A DNA stretch of 64,000 nucleotides from the sequence record NC_054916.1. One strand, 5' to 3'. The stretch is from Escherichia phage vB_EcoM-G28. Below are positions 22,166 through 32,503 of this stretch, piece by piece; the stretch's first letter is position 1, and the number at the start of each line of letters is the position of its first letter. The position numbers and the translations under genes are program-made. Below the pieces are notes generated by a model that worked only from the letters and a program-made list of their open reading frames with translations, was not told where the DNA came from and made no database searches.

Positions 22166-23934
22166 AAAAGCCACAAGAAATGCAAACGATGCGTAGAAAA
22201 GTTATTTCAGATAATAAACCAACACAGGAAGCGGCTAAATCCGCTTCTAACACTTTATCTGGACTTAACGATATATCTACGAAATTGGATGATGCTCAAG
22301 CTGCTTCTGAATTAATTGCTCAAACTGTCGAAGAAAAATCGAATGAAATAATTGGAGCAATTGACAACGTAGAAAACGCAGTGAGTGATACTACTGCCGG
22401 TTCTGAGTTAATTGCTGAAACTGTCGAAATTGGCAACAATATTAATAAAGAAATTGGTGAATCGCTCGGGAGCAAATTAGATAAATTAACAAGTTTACTA
22501 GAGCAAAAAATTCAGACAGCCGGAATTCAACAGACGGGAACTAGTTTAGCCACGGTTGAAAGCGCTATTCCTGTTAAAGTTGTTGAGGATGATACAGCTG
22601 AATCTGTGGGTCCTTTATTACCGGCTCCTGAAGCAGTTAATAATGATCCTGATGCTGATTTTTTCCCTACCCCTCAGCCAGTTGAGCCCAAACAAGAATC
22701 GCCAGAAGAAAAACAGAAAAAAGACGCATTTAACTTAAAATTATCTCAAGCTTTAGATAAATTAACAAAGACTGTTGATTTCGGATTTAAGAAATCTATT
22801 TCAATTACTGATAAAATATCAAGCATGCTATTTAAGTATACCGTCAGTGCTGCTATTGAAGCTGCTAAAATGACAGCAATGATATTGGCTGTTGTTGTCG
22901 GAATAGACCTGTTGATGGTTCATTTCAAATATTGGTCAGATAAATTTTCACAAGCTTGGGATTTGTTTAGTACAGACTTTACTAAATTCTCTAGCGAAAC
23001 CGGAACATGGGGTCCTTTATTACAAAGCATCTTTAGTTCTATCGATGAAATTAAAAAATTCTGGGAAGCGGGAGACTGGGGTGGTTTGACTGTAGCTATT
23101 GTAGAAGGGCTTGGAAAGGTTCTTTTTAATTTAGGAGAGCTTATTCAATTAGGTATGGCTAAATTATCTGCTGCAATTCTTCGAGTCATTCCTGGCATGA
23201 AGGATACCGCTGATGAAGTAGAAGGAAGAGCACTAGAAAATTTCCAAAATACTACAAATGCTTCTCTTAACAAAGAAGACCAAGAAAAAGTTGCAAACTA
23301 TCAATATAAAAGAATGAATGGAGAACTTGGTCCGATAGCAAAAGGACTAGACAAAATTGCGAACTGGAAAACTCGTGCATCTAACTGGATTCGTGGTGTT
23401 GATAATAAAGAAGCACTAACGACTGTTGAAGAGAGGGCAGAGGAAGAAGAAAAATTAAAGCAACTTTCTCCGGAGGAAGCTAAAATTGCTTTAATGAAAG
23501 CTAATGAAGCTCGTGCTGCTATGAATCGTTTTGATCAATATGCCGATTCAGCTGATATGAGTAAAGACTCAACAGTTAAATCAGTTGAAGCTGCCTATGA
23601 AGACCTTAAAAAACGGATGGATGACCCGGATTTAAATAATTCACCGGCAGTTAAAAAAGAGCTTGCTGCTAGATTTTCTAAAATTGATGCTACTTATCAA
23701 GAGCTCAAGAAAAATCAGCCTAATGCCAAACCTGAAACTTCTGCTAAATCGCCAGAAGCAAAACAAGTCCAGGTAATAGAAAAGAACAAAGCACAGCAAG
23801 CTCCTGTTCAACAAGCATCTCCTTCGATCAATAATACTAATAATGTTATTAAGAAAAATACTGTCGTTCATAATATGACACCTGTCACGAGCACGACTGC
23901 TCCTGGTGTATTCGATGCGACTGGAGTTAATTAA
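22162..23934 (+). CDS. 29: Baseplate hub / tail length determinant gp29
   Basis: 590 aa; synteny. Confidence 0.9.
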   Translation: MKKPQEMQTMRRKVISDNKPTQEAAKSASNTLSGLNDISTKLDDAQAASELIAQTVEEKSNEIIGAIDNVENAVSDTTAGSELIAETVEIGNNINKEIGESLGSKLDKLTSLLEQKIQTAGIQQTGTSLATVESAIPVKVVEDDTAESVGPLLPAPEAVNNDPDADFFPTPQPVEPKQESPEEKQKKDAFNLKLSQALDKLTKTVDFGFKKSISITDKISSMLFKYTVSAAIEAAKMTAMILAVVVGIDLLMVHFKYWSDKFSQAWDLFSTDFTKFSSETGTWGPLLQSIFSSIDEIKKFWEAGDWGGLTVAIVEGLGKVLFNLGELIQLGMAKLSAAILRVIPGMKDTADEVEGRALENFQNTTNASLNKEDQEKVANYQYKRMNGELGPIAKGLDKIANWKTRASNWIRGVDNKEALTTVEERAEEEEKLKQLSPEEAKIALMKANEARAAMNRFDQYADSADMSKDSTVKSVEAAYEDLKKRMDDPDLNNSPAVKKELAARFSKIDATYQELKKNQPNAKPETSAKSPEAKQVQVIEKNKAQQAPVQQASPSINNTNNVIKKNTVVHNMTPVTSTTAPGVFDATGVN

Positions 23935-23942
23935 GGAATAAT

Positions 23943-25037
23943 ATGGCAATTGTTAAAGAAATAACTGCTGATTTAATTAAAAAGTCCGGTGAGAAAATTT
24001 CAGCCGGACAGAGTACTAAATCAGAAGTAGGAACTAAAACATACACAGCCCAGTTTCCAACTGGGCGTGCTAGTGGTAATGACACTACAGGGGACTTCCA
24101 GGTAACAGATCTATATAAGAATGGATTATTATTTACTGCATACAATATGTCATCTAGGGATTCTGGAAGTCTTAGATCGATGAGATCTAACTACTCTTCT
24201 TCATCTTCGAGTATTTTACGTACAGCTAGAAACACTATTAGTAGTACAGTATCAAAACTATCAAATGGATTAATATCAAATAATAATTCAGGAACAATAA
24301 GTAAATCTCCTATCGCAAACATTCTTTTACCGAGATCTAAATCTGATGTTGATACATCATCACATAGATTTAATGATGTTCAAGAAAGCCTCATCAGTAG
24401 AGGCGGAGGTACTGCTACTGGTGTGCTAAGTAATATTGCTTCAACTGCAGTATTTGGGGCGTTGGAAAGTATAACACAAGGTATAATGGCTGATAATAAT
24501 GAACAGATTTATACGACAGCCAGAAGTATGTATGGTGGTGCTGAAAATAGAACTAAAGTGTTTACATGGGATTTGACTCCACGTTCAACAGAAGATTTAA
24601 TGGCTATTATTAATATCTATCAATATTTTAACTATTTTTCTTATGGTGAAACGGGTAAATCTCAATATGCTGCTGAAATAAAGGGGTATTTAGATGATTG
24701 GTATCGTTCTACGTTAATTGAACCTTTATCTCCGGAAGACGCAGCTAAAAATAAAACACTATTTGAGAAAATGACATCGAGTTTAACCAACGTTCTAGTA
24801 GTTTCAAACCCGACAGTTTGGATGGTGAAAAACTTTGGTGCAACATCTAAGTTTGATGGAAAAACGGAAATATTTGGTCCATGCCAAATCCAGAGCATCA
24901 GATTTGATAAAACACCTAATGGTAACTTTAACGGATTAGCTATTGCTCCAAACCTCCCTAGTACATTTACTCTCGAGATTACTATGAGAGAAATTATCAC
25001 GTTAAACCGTGCTTCTTTATATGCGGGGACTTTTTAA
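23943..25037 (+). CDS. 48: Baseplate tail-tube cap gp48
   Basis: 364 aa; synteny. Confidence 0.9.
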   Translation: MAIVKEITADLIKKSGEKISAGQSTKSEVGTKTYTAQFPTGRASGNDTTGDFQVTDLYKNGLLFTAYNMSSRDSGSLRSMRSNYSSSSSSILRTARNTISSTVSKLSNGLISNNNSGTISKSPIANILLPRSKSDVDTSSHRFNDVQESLISRGGGTATGVLSNIASTAVFGALESITQGIMADNNEQIYTTARSMYGGAENRTKVFTWDLTPRSTEDLMAIINIYQYFNYFSYGETGKSQYAAEIKGYLDDWYRSTLIEPLSPEDAAKNKTLFEKMTSSLTNVLVVSNPTVWMVKNFGATSKFDGKTEIFGPCQIQSIRFDKTPNGNFNGLAIAPNLPSTFTLEITMREIITLNRASLYAGTF

Positions 25038-26002
25038 TGTATTCTTTAGAGGAATTTAATAATCAAGCAATAAACGCAGATTTCCAACGTAATAATATGT
25101 TTAGCTGCGTTTTTGCAACAACTCCATCAACTAAAAGCTCTTCGTTGATAAGTTCAATTAGCAACTTTTCTTATAATAACTTGGGCCTAAATTCAGATTG
25201 GTTAGGATTAACTCAAGGTGATATTAATCAGGGAATTACCACGCTAATTACAGCTGGCACACAAAAACTGATAAGAAAATCAGGGGTTAGTAAATATCTT
25301 ATTGGTGCCATGAGTCAACGTACAGTTCAAAGTTTATTGGGCTCATTTACAGTTGGTACATATTTAATTGACTTCTTTAACATGGCATATAACTCATCTG
25401 GATTGATGATATATTCAGTAAAAATGCCAGAGAATAGATTATCCTATGAAACTGACTGGAACTATAATTCTCCTAATATTCGTATAACTGGGAGAGAATT
25501 AGACCCTTTGGTTATTTCATTTAGAATGGATTCAGAAGCATGTAACTATCGTGCAATGCAAGACTGGGTTAACTCTGTTCAAGACCCAGTAACTGGATTG
25601 CGTGCTTTGCCACAAGATGTCGAGGCAGATATTCAGGTTAATCTTCATTCTCGTAATGGACTGCCTCATACTGCGGTGATGTTCACCGGATGCATTCCAA
25701 TATCAGTGAGCGCTCCTGAGTTATCATATGATGGAGATAACCAAATAACTACATTTGATGTTACTTTTGCGTACAGAGTGATGCAGGCTGGAGCAGTTGA
25801 TAGGCAAGCTGCGCTTGAATGGCTTGAATCTGCTGCTATAAATGGTATTCAAAGCGTTCTTGGAAATAGTGGAGGTGTTACTGGACTATCTAATTCGCTT
25901 TCACGATTTAGTAGATTAGGAGGAACTGCAGGAAGCATTTCAAACATTAATACTATGACAGGGATTGTCAATTCACAGAGTAAAATATTAGGAGCAATAT
26001 AA
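25037..26002 (+). CDS. 54: Baseplate tail-tube initiator gp54
   Basis: 321 aa; synteny. Confidence 0.9.
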   Translation: MYSLEEFNNQAINADFQRNNMFSCVFATTPSTKSSSLISSISNFSYNNLGLNSDWLGLTQGDINQGITTLITAGTQKLIRKSGVSKYLIGAMSQRTVQSLLGSFTVGTYLIDFFNMAYNSSGLMIYSVKMPENRLSYETDWNYNSPNIRITGRELDPLVISFRMDSEACNYRAMQDWVNSVQDPVTGLRALPQDVEADIQVNLHSRNGLPHTAVMFTGCIPISVSAPELSYDGDNQITTFDVTFAYRVMQAGAVDRQAALEWLESAAINGIQSVLGNSGGVTGLSNSLSRFSRLGGTAGSISNINTMTGIVNSQSKILGAI

Positions 26003-26006
26003 CAAT

Positions 26007-26024
26007 GGGGACCGAAAGGTCCCC
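26007..26024. terminator. Bidirectional stem-loop (GAAA loop) between gene 54 and the convergent early operon
   Basis: ggggacc-gaaa-ggtcccc followed by a T run. Confidence 0.6.
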
Positions 26025-26030
26025 ATATTT

Positions 26031-26321
26031 TTATTTACGGAATGAAATAAAAGCAGCAACTGAAGCAACTAAACTGTCTTCAATATAAACTTCAATTTTT
26101 ACCGGAGCTTCTGACTCAAATTTACCTGTTACTACACCTTGGAAAATGCTTTCAGTCTGTTCTGGCTTTGAAAAATTTTCAGAAGGAAAAATTCCGAACT
26201 TTTTATCTGTTCCAAAAATTTTGATAAATTCATCGTAAACCGCTTCATTAAAAGCGTTATCAGCAGGAATAACGCCTTCAACTACGAGTTCTTGACCTAA
26301 AAAGCGCAAAGAAGATTTCAT
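26031..26321 (-). CDS. Hypothetical early protein (T4 alt.-3 position)
   Basis: 96-aa ORF with its own early promoter module. Confidence 0.6.
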   Translation of the reverse strand: MKSSLRFLGQELVVEGVIPADNAFNEAVYDEFIKIFGTDKKFGIFPSENFSKPEQTESIFQGVVTGKFESEAPVKIEVYIEDSLVASVAAFISFRK

Positions 26322-26328
26322 TTTGTGT

Positions 26329-26382
26329 TCCTCATGTTATGTCAGTAAGATTATTATAACACAACACGAGGGACTTGTAAAC
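26329..26382 (-). promoter_or_regulatory. Early promoter plus leader module (54 bp) identical to the one upstream of alc
   Basis: Minus strand carries GTTTACA, a 17-nt spacer, TATAAT and a GAGGA Shine-Dalgarno; same 54-mer at 41844..41897 and 42195..42248. Confidence 0.6.
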
Positions 26383-28439
26383 TATATTTTGAACTTTTTA
26401 GACATTTCGTTGATGTTAACCAAAGAAGCCAAGATTTGAGAAACTTCGTTTTCCTCTTCTTTTGATTCTTCTACAAGGAATTGATTAAATCCAGCCATTG
26501 GACGAACTTCACCAGTTTCCATTAGATGGTCGCCATCATATACCGATTCTTCTAACTGTTCAGAAGGAGGAACGATTGTGCCTTCGATTAGATACTTGTT
26601 ATAAGCAGTTTCTTTCATCATGTACGTACTCACTTTATTAATCTTCAGCAAAATTCCACGCGGTAGAATAACTTCAGCTTCTGATGGAAATCCTGATAAA
26701 TGACCTGGAACGATAACTTTGATTCGCTCAGCTCCTTTAATTACCATACCCGCGCTAGTTTCAGCATCTTCATTGGCATACGTAGAATGACTGCCCATAT
26801 GCATCAAATCTTCAGCATCAACTGAACCTTCTCCTTCACCAGAAAATACTGTGCCGGAATCATCTAGAGCCATATAGTTTTTACCATACTCACCGAAGAT
26901 ATTTGGTTTAAGCGATGTGGATACGAAGTTCTTGAAGTAGAACATTTTATTTTCAATATTATGACGTAAAGTTTTAAAGGTAACTTCTTGTCCACGGTAA
27001 AGTGTAGTTCCTGGAGGAAGAACTGATCCTTTGGCAAAGGCAGAATCCATTGTCTCGATGTGTTTAATAGCTCGTTCCATATATTCTTCACGGGTAGAAT
27101 CCGGTTTACCTAAAAGGAACGAGTTCATTTCAACATATGAATCTGCACAATAATCTTCAATTACATCAGACTCAGCTTGAGTTAATCCTTTTGGAGTTAC
27201 TTCAGTACTTGCATATTCATACGCTTGAGAAGCAGACTCATTAATCAATTTATAAATGCCATTCATGACAAATTGAACAATAGCTACCTTTTCATCTGGT
27301 GTAGCTTTAGAACCTTTAACTAAATCATTGACGATTTTCTTAATAACATCAAAGCTATTAGAAATATTAATGTCAGCAAGATCACTTAAAATTTTATCAG
27401 TTTTATAATCAAAAAATTCTTTATTCTTTAAATATTCTTGAGAACCTTGATATGATATATCGCTCTGTAACTTGATAGATGGATCACGTAAACGCGCATG
27501 AGCCAATGCAATATGATTTCGGAAGCTTTCTAATTCATAATCGCTAGATTTAAAACGGGAAGCACTTCTCATACCACCGATAGCTCCTTTGCTGAAGTTT
27601 GAACCAACCTGAATAACGCCAGAGTTCATTGGTCCTTCTGCTTTATATACCGGAACTTTAGATTCAAACTCTTGATATTTCTTAGCAGCGAAGCTATCAC
27701 CCTGAAGTGAAGCATCGACAGTAGAATATTGAGCTTGTGCTGCTAATCGACGACTAATTTTAGTTTTCTGAATAACAGCTTGATCCGTACGCTTATCATT
27801 TTCTAAAGCAATAGAAGCAGCAACAGCAACAGCTTTAGGAACAGCATTGCCTGTTTTAACATCTACATAAACATCACCAACCTTTGATTCAACTTTTGTG
27901 AATAACTCAGTTGAAATAGGAGGTACACCTGGAATGTCTTCTAAATTGGCATTTTTACGGTAAACCATAATATATGCATATTTCTTATCATAGTCCCAGA
28001 TTTCCTTTAAAAGAACATATCGACCTGCTCCTTTAGTACGTACTAAACGGTCGGCAATAACTTGCATTTGACGAGCTGCACCGTTTGTTTTACTCTTTAG
28101 TACGCGGAATAAGCATGCGTCAATTTTGTACTGTTTCATTGTCTGAAGAGCAGTATCAAAAACCGCATTAATAACACCAATTGGATTTCCACCCAAGTTT
28201 TTAAGTTTAACGAGCGATAGTTTCTCATTAACACCTATCATTACGATATGCATCATTTTATCGCCTGGCTTAACGTTTTTATTTGTATCACCGCCAGAGG
28301 TGTATGTACAAAATCTAAATCCAGGAAGCACGCTTTCTTCACCGGCTTGAATAGCAAAAATTTGAGGTATTTTATGCTTAGGATTTAAGTTAACAACCGG
28401 CGCCGAAGCGCCGTCAAATAATTCTGTAATAAGTTCCAT
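26382..28439 (-). CDS. Alt-family mono-ADP-ribosyltransferase, paralog 1
   Basis: 685 aa; C-terminal R-S-E signature (LYRG, FVSTSL, EAEVILPRG); N-terminus MELITELFD shared with the neighbouring paralog. Confidence 0.8.
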   Translation of the reverse strand: MELITELFDGASAPVVNLNPKHKIPQIFAIQAGEESVLPGFRFCTYTSGGDTNKNVKPGDKMMHIVMIGVNEKLSLVKLKNLGGNPIGVINAVFDTALQTMKQYKIDACLFRVLKSKTNGAARQMQVIADRLVRTKGAGRYVLLKEIWDYDKKYAYIMVYRKNANLEDIPGVPPISTELFTKVESKVGDVYVDVKTGNAVPKAVAVAASIALENDKRTDQAVIQKTKISRRLAAQAQYSTVDASLQGDSFAAKKYQEFESKVPVYKAEGPMNSGVIQVGSNFSKGAIGGMRSASRFKSSDYELESFRNHIALAHARLRDPSIKLQSDISYQGSQEYLKNKEFFDYKTDKILSDLADINISNSFDVIKKIVNDLVKGSKATPDEKVAIVQFVMNGIYKLINESASQAYEYASTEVTPKGLTQAESDVIEDYCADSYVEMNSFLLGKPDSTREEYMERAIKHIETMDSAFAKGSVLPPGTTLYRGQEVTFKTLRHNIENKMFYFKNFVSTSLKPNIFGEYGKNYMALDDSGTVFSGEGEGSVDAEDLMHMGSHSTYANEDAETSAGMVIKGAERIKVIVPGHLSGFPSEAEVILPRGILLKINKVSTYMMKETAYNKYLIEGTIVPPSEQLEESVYDGDHLMETGEVRPMAGFNQFLVEESKEEENEVSQILASLVNINEMSKKFKI

Positions 28440-28442
28440 GAT

Positions 28443-30539
28443 TTATCCTTGAACGAACTTGTAAGGCATGTTTGTAATATCTATGCAAGACGCAATAATT
28501 CCAAGAGATGATTCTACTTTCTGTTTAACATTTGATGAAACAAATGATGCAAAGTCAACTCTGTCTTCTATTTCAATATCACCTGTCATTGCAATTACTT
28601 CACCAGTTTCCATTAGACGGTCACCGTCATAAATTACTGATTCGGTGAGTTCTTCCGTAGTCATAACTTCAGCTTGAATGAGTTTTGTATTATTAGATGT
28701 TGTTCCGTCATTATTAGAAGCATCAGTTATTTTATTAACTTTGACCATCAATCCGCGTGGTAGAATAACTTCAGCTTCTGTTGCTATTCCGAGACTTCCT
28801 GGATATACAACATTAACTTTATGAGCTCCATCAATTGCCCATCCTATTTGAACTTTAACGTATTCAGGATTTTCTTTATACGCTCTTATTTCGTTTGGAT
28901 TAATAGTTATTCCTTCTTCATTTTTATCAACTGTTAATTCATTACGAGCTTCTGGTTCTAAAAGACCAATGCCAGCATGTGTAATTCCAAAACGCCCAAA
29001 AATGATAGGAGTTAAAGAAGTAGATACAAAATTTCTGAAATAGAACACTTTATTTTTAACTAGCGCTTCGTATATAGGAGCAGTCATACTTTGAGCACGA
29101 TAAACTGTAATGCTTTCTGGTATACGGTCACCGTTTTCAAAAGCTGAATCTAAGTTATTTATAGCAGATTCAATTTCTTTTTCACTCATTACATCATATC
29201 GTTCTGGATTGTAGCGTCCTAAAAGAAGATTATTGATGTCAGTATATCCTGAACCGCAATACTCTCTAATGCCGCGCTTTTGTGATGGAGTATATTTAGA
29301 ACCATCACGGGCAATAGTAATATCAATCATTGGACCTGCACCAATTCCAGAAAAACTATAAATCATTCGTTTGATGAATTTAGTTTTTGCTGCGTTCCAG
29401 GAATTTTTAGTTATTTCTTCCCAGACTTCATCTGGCTGCCCTTTACGAGTTTTATTATGTTTATCAAGCCAAGTATCTTTATATTCTTCAAAGAATTTAT
29501 TAATAGCTGCTGCATACTTCTCTAAACATTTTATTGAAGTAGTTGGTTCATTTTTGATCGCGTTAAAAATTACGTCTTTAATTTTTTCAGAAACTTCATT
29601 AACCTCACTTTTTGAAAAGAATTTATAATCATAGTGAAGTTCATCTGCAGTTCCTTCGGCAATAATTTTTGCTGCTTTAGTTTTAGAAGCTAATGAATTA
29701 ATTCCAAGCTTCATTTCTTCTGCTTCGGGAATTAAAGGAGCGGTAGCAGGTTTATTGAAATTAGCTGCGGTAGATTCATACTTCTGGAATAATTCGCTTT
29801 CAAATCTAGAAGATTCCAATGACTGACTTTGCGCAATTGCTCTACGGGAAATTTTAACTTTAACGATTACAGCTTGGTCAGAACGTTTATCATTTTCTTG
29901 CGCAATAGATGCAGCAATTGCCTCATTTTTAGTTACTTGAGCTCCAGTATCTTTATTGATATAAACATCGCCGACTTTCGATTCAACTTTAGTAAAGAGC
30001 TCGGTACTAATTTCCGGAACTCCTGGAATGTCTTCTAGTGATACATTTTTGCGATGTATAAGAATATATGCATACTTTTTATCATAATCCCAGAGTTCCT
30101 TAAGAAGGACGTATCTGCCACCTGAACGACTACGGATAAGTCTATCAGCAATAACTTGAATTTGTTGAGCTTGACCAGCAGTTTTAGACTTAAGAATACG
30201 GAGCATACAGGCATCAATTTTATACTGACGCATCGTCTGCATTGCAACAGTAAAAACTGAATTGATATAATTAATTGGGCTTGGACCAAGACCTTTTAAT
30301 TTGGCAATTGAACCTTTAGCAGTTAATGTAAAAGGAACAATATGCATCATTTTATCGCCCATTTTTAAATCGCGATTAGTATCACCTCCAGATGTATAGG
30401 TACATAAACGAAAGCCCGGTTGTTCAATTGCATCATCAACGTGAACTGAAAAAATTTGTGGTATTTTCTTCTTTGGATTTAAGTTTGTAATCGGAAGAGT
30501 AGTATCTTCGTCAAATAATTCTGTAATGAGTTCCATCAT
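28443..30539 (-). CDS. alt: Alt-family mono-ADP-ribosyltransferase, paralog 2 (gene adjacent to the ligase side)
   Basis: 698 aa; C-terminal R-S-E signature (VYRAQ, FVSTSL, EAEVILPRG); position upstream of gene 30 cluster. Confidence 0.8.
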   Translation of the reverse strand: MMELITELFDEDTTLPITNLNPKKKIPQIFSVHVDDAIEQPGFRLCTYTSGGDTNRDLKMGDKMMHIVPFTLTAKGSIAKLKGLGPSPINYINSVFTVAMQTMRQYKIDACMLRILKSKTAGQAQQIQVIADRLIRSRSGGRYVLLKELWDYDKKYAYILIHRKNVSLEDIPGVPEISTELFTKVESKVGDVYINKDTGAQVTKNEAIAASIAQENDKRSDQAVIVKVKISRRAIAQSQSLESSRFESELFQKYESTAANFNKPATAPLIPEAEEMKLGINSLASKTKAAKIIAEGTADELHYDYKFFSKSEVNEVSEKIKDVIFNAIKNEPTTSIKCLEKYAAAINKFFEEYKDTWLDKHNKTRKGQPDEVWEEITKNSWNAAKTKFIKRMIYSFSGIGAGPMIDITIARDGSKYTPSQKRGIREYCGSGYTDINNLLLGRYNPERYDVMSEKEIESAINNLDSAFENGDRIPESITVYRAQSMTAPIYEALVKNKVFYFRNFVSTSLTPIIFGRFGITHAGIGLLEPEARNELTVDKNEEGITINPNEIRAYKENPEYVKVQIGWAIDGAHKVNVVYPGSLGIATEAEVILPRGLMVKVNKITDASNNDGTTSNNTKLIQAEVMTTEELTESVIYDGDRLMETGEVIAMTGDIEIEDRVDFASFVSSNVKQKVESSLGIIASCIDITNMPYKFVQG

Positions 30540-30574
30540 ATCCTCTCTAGTGTTTATTCTATTTATAAAATTAA

Positions 30575-30588
30575 AGGCCCGAAGGCCT
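30575..30588 (-). terminator. Stem-loop between the 62-aa ORF and the alt genes
   Basis: aggcc-cgaa-ggcct. Confidence 0.4.
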
Positions 30589-30777
30589 TTAATAATCTAT
30601 TGGTAAGAGAGTACGATATATTTCAAACTTTGGACCTTTTTCATAAGCATCAAAAGTTTCTGTGAATTTATTATAAGCATATGCATCTATAAATTCAATC
30701 ATGATTTGTGATACAGAAGTAGAAACATCTCCACCTTCTTTTTGAGCCACGACAATTGTTTCTAAGTAAGCTTTCAT
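30589..30777 (-). CDS. Hypothetical 62-aa protein
   Basis: ORF overlapping the gene 30 stop. Confidence 0.45.
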   Translation of the reverse strand: MKAYLETIVVAQKEGGDVSTSVSQIMIEFIDAYAYNKFTETFDAYEKGPKFEIYRTLLPIDY

Positions 30778-32237
30778 AAACCAGTTACCTCATGAAAATC
30801 ACCAAATACATCTTCGAATGTATTAGCTTTAGTTTTATCTTCGCGTAAACGAATCGCAATCGGAAGAAATAATTTAACGTAATCAGTGCGGCCATCAGAT
30901 TTTAACCAACCGTTGCATTCGCACTCTAGAATTTTTCCAATATAATAATTTTGGTTTTCCATAATGCGAGTACGGTCAAGTTCATGCGATTTTACACCGG
31001 CTTTATCTTTTAAGCCTGAACCAGCATTTACTTTAATTTTTCCACACTCTGACTCAAGAATAAATCCACCTGCTTTAGTAGGGTCTTTACGGTGAGGATA
31101 AATTCCTACAATTTTTAAATCAACATCAATTACTTCTTTAAATTTATAGAGATTTTTTGAACGAGCATTTTCCCATAATCCATCGATATTTTTGAGAATA
31201 ATACCTTCAAGACCTTGGTCAATATACTTTTTATAAATTACCTTAGCTTCATCTAGGTTATTTACTACCTGGTTTTCAATTAAAATTACTTTATCATATC
31301 CAGATGTCATTTGTTCTAGTTTAGAAAAACGTACATCATATTTCAAACGAAATGCAGGAAGACCGTATATTTCTACCAACGGTACATAATCCCAGACCTG
31401 AAACTTCATGCATTGAGCTTCTTTTTCAGAAATGGTTCCTTTTAAGGATTTATTGGCGATTCCATTAGAAGTAGTACGAGATTCCGCTACTTCGGCGAAT
31501 TCTTTAGCTTTACTAATTTCAGGATAAGCATCAAAAAGAAAATCTAGTCCTTCTGGTTCCTTTTTAACTTGCTCATGGTATACCAATTCGCCATCAATTA
31601 ACACACCTTCTGGATGAATCTGGCGGGCTTCAGCAGTCATTTTGATTAACTCTTCCTTAAGAAGATCTAATCCTAGATATTCATTACCAGCTCGCGATAA
31701 AAGACGAACATCATCTAATTCATCGCCTCGGACTTCAGCAAAACACCGAGCTCCATCTGCTTTTAACTGCGCAAAAGCTGGAAACTTGATATTCTTACTA
31801 ATGCCTTTTTCATCATAAGAACTTGCCAGCATTTGAGGTTGTTCAGGAATTAAACCCGGCCAAACTTTGTTTGCAATAGATACTGAAGCACCACATTCAA
31901 GGTCTCGCATCATAACTCGACGCAAAACTTCAACATCATCCTTTTTACCATCGGTGATATATCCAGTTAATTCCTCAATTGCTGCATTGCCAGTTAATTT
32001 CCGAGTAGCTAACGTGAATTCAATGAAGTCAAGCATATCGGTAATAGTCAGCATTCCAAAACTCTGGGTAGCAATACCAGGTTTAGGCCATTTCTTGATA
32101 TAATACTGTAACCCACGAGAATAAGTCAGACGATATACTCGTTTAAGCAATTCATTATCTTTATTCTTTTCAAGAATTGCTTGCTTCTGTTTAGTTGATC
32201 CAATAGATGCTATTTCATTCAGAATTTTAAGAATCAT
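30774..32237 (-). CDS. 30: ATP-dependent DNA ligase gp30
   Basis: 487 aa; KADGAR adenylation motif; size as T4 DNA ligase. Confidence 0.95.
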   Translation of the reverse strand: MILKILNEIASIGSTKQKQAILEKNKDNELLKRVYRLTYSRGLQYYIKKWPKPGIATQSFGMLTITDMLDFIEFTLATRKLTGNAAIEELTGYITDGKKDDVEVLRRVMMRDLECGASVSIANKVWPGLIPEQPQMLASSYDEKGISKNIKFPAFAQLKADGARCFAEVRGDELDDVRLLSRAGNEYLGLDLLKEELIKMTAEARQIHPEGVLIDGELVYHEQVKKEPEGLDFLFDAYPEISKAKEFAEVAESRTTSNGIANKSLKGTISEKEAQCMKFQVWDYVPLVEIYGLPAFRLKYDVRFSKLEQMTSGYDKVILIENQVVNNLDEAKVIYKKYIDQGLEGIILKNIDGLWENARSKNLYKFKEVIDVDLKIVGIYPHRKDPTKAGGFILESECGKIKVNAGSGLKDKAGVKSHELDRTRIMENQNYYIGKILECECNGWLKSDGRTDYVKLFLPIAIRLREDKTKANTFEDVFGDFHEVTGL

Positions 32238-32503
32238 TGTTCATCCTTCAGAGTTTGATTTACATCTCTATTATAAATCAATTCATCATTAAGCTCAGGC
32301 AAAGACTTATGATATGTAGTTCTAACTTTATTTCCTTGCATCCAGTGCTTGACGTAAATGAAACCTTGCTCTACACATTTTTTAAAAATTCGTTCGTCTT
32401 TTTGAGCACGGAATTCTGGATTGCATCTAAAAAATTGATTTACGTGTCCATAATCACGTGTAGTATTACCTTCATTTTCATAAATAGTATGAACAACAAA
32501 CAT
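32234..32503 (-). CDS. Hypothetical protein (T4 30.1 position)
   Basis: 89-aa ORF; synteny. Confidence 0.55.
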   Translation of the reverse strand: MFVVHTIYENEGNTTRDYGHVNQFFRCNPEFRAQKDERIFKKCVEQGFIYVKHWMQGNKVRTTYHKSLPELNDELIYNRDVNQTLKDEQ

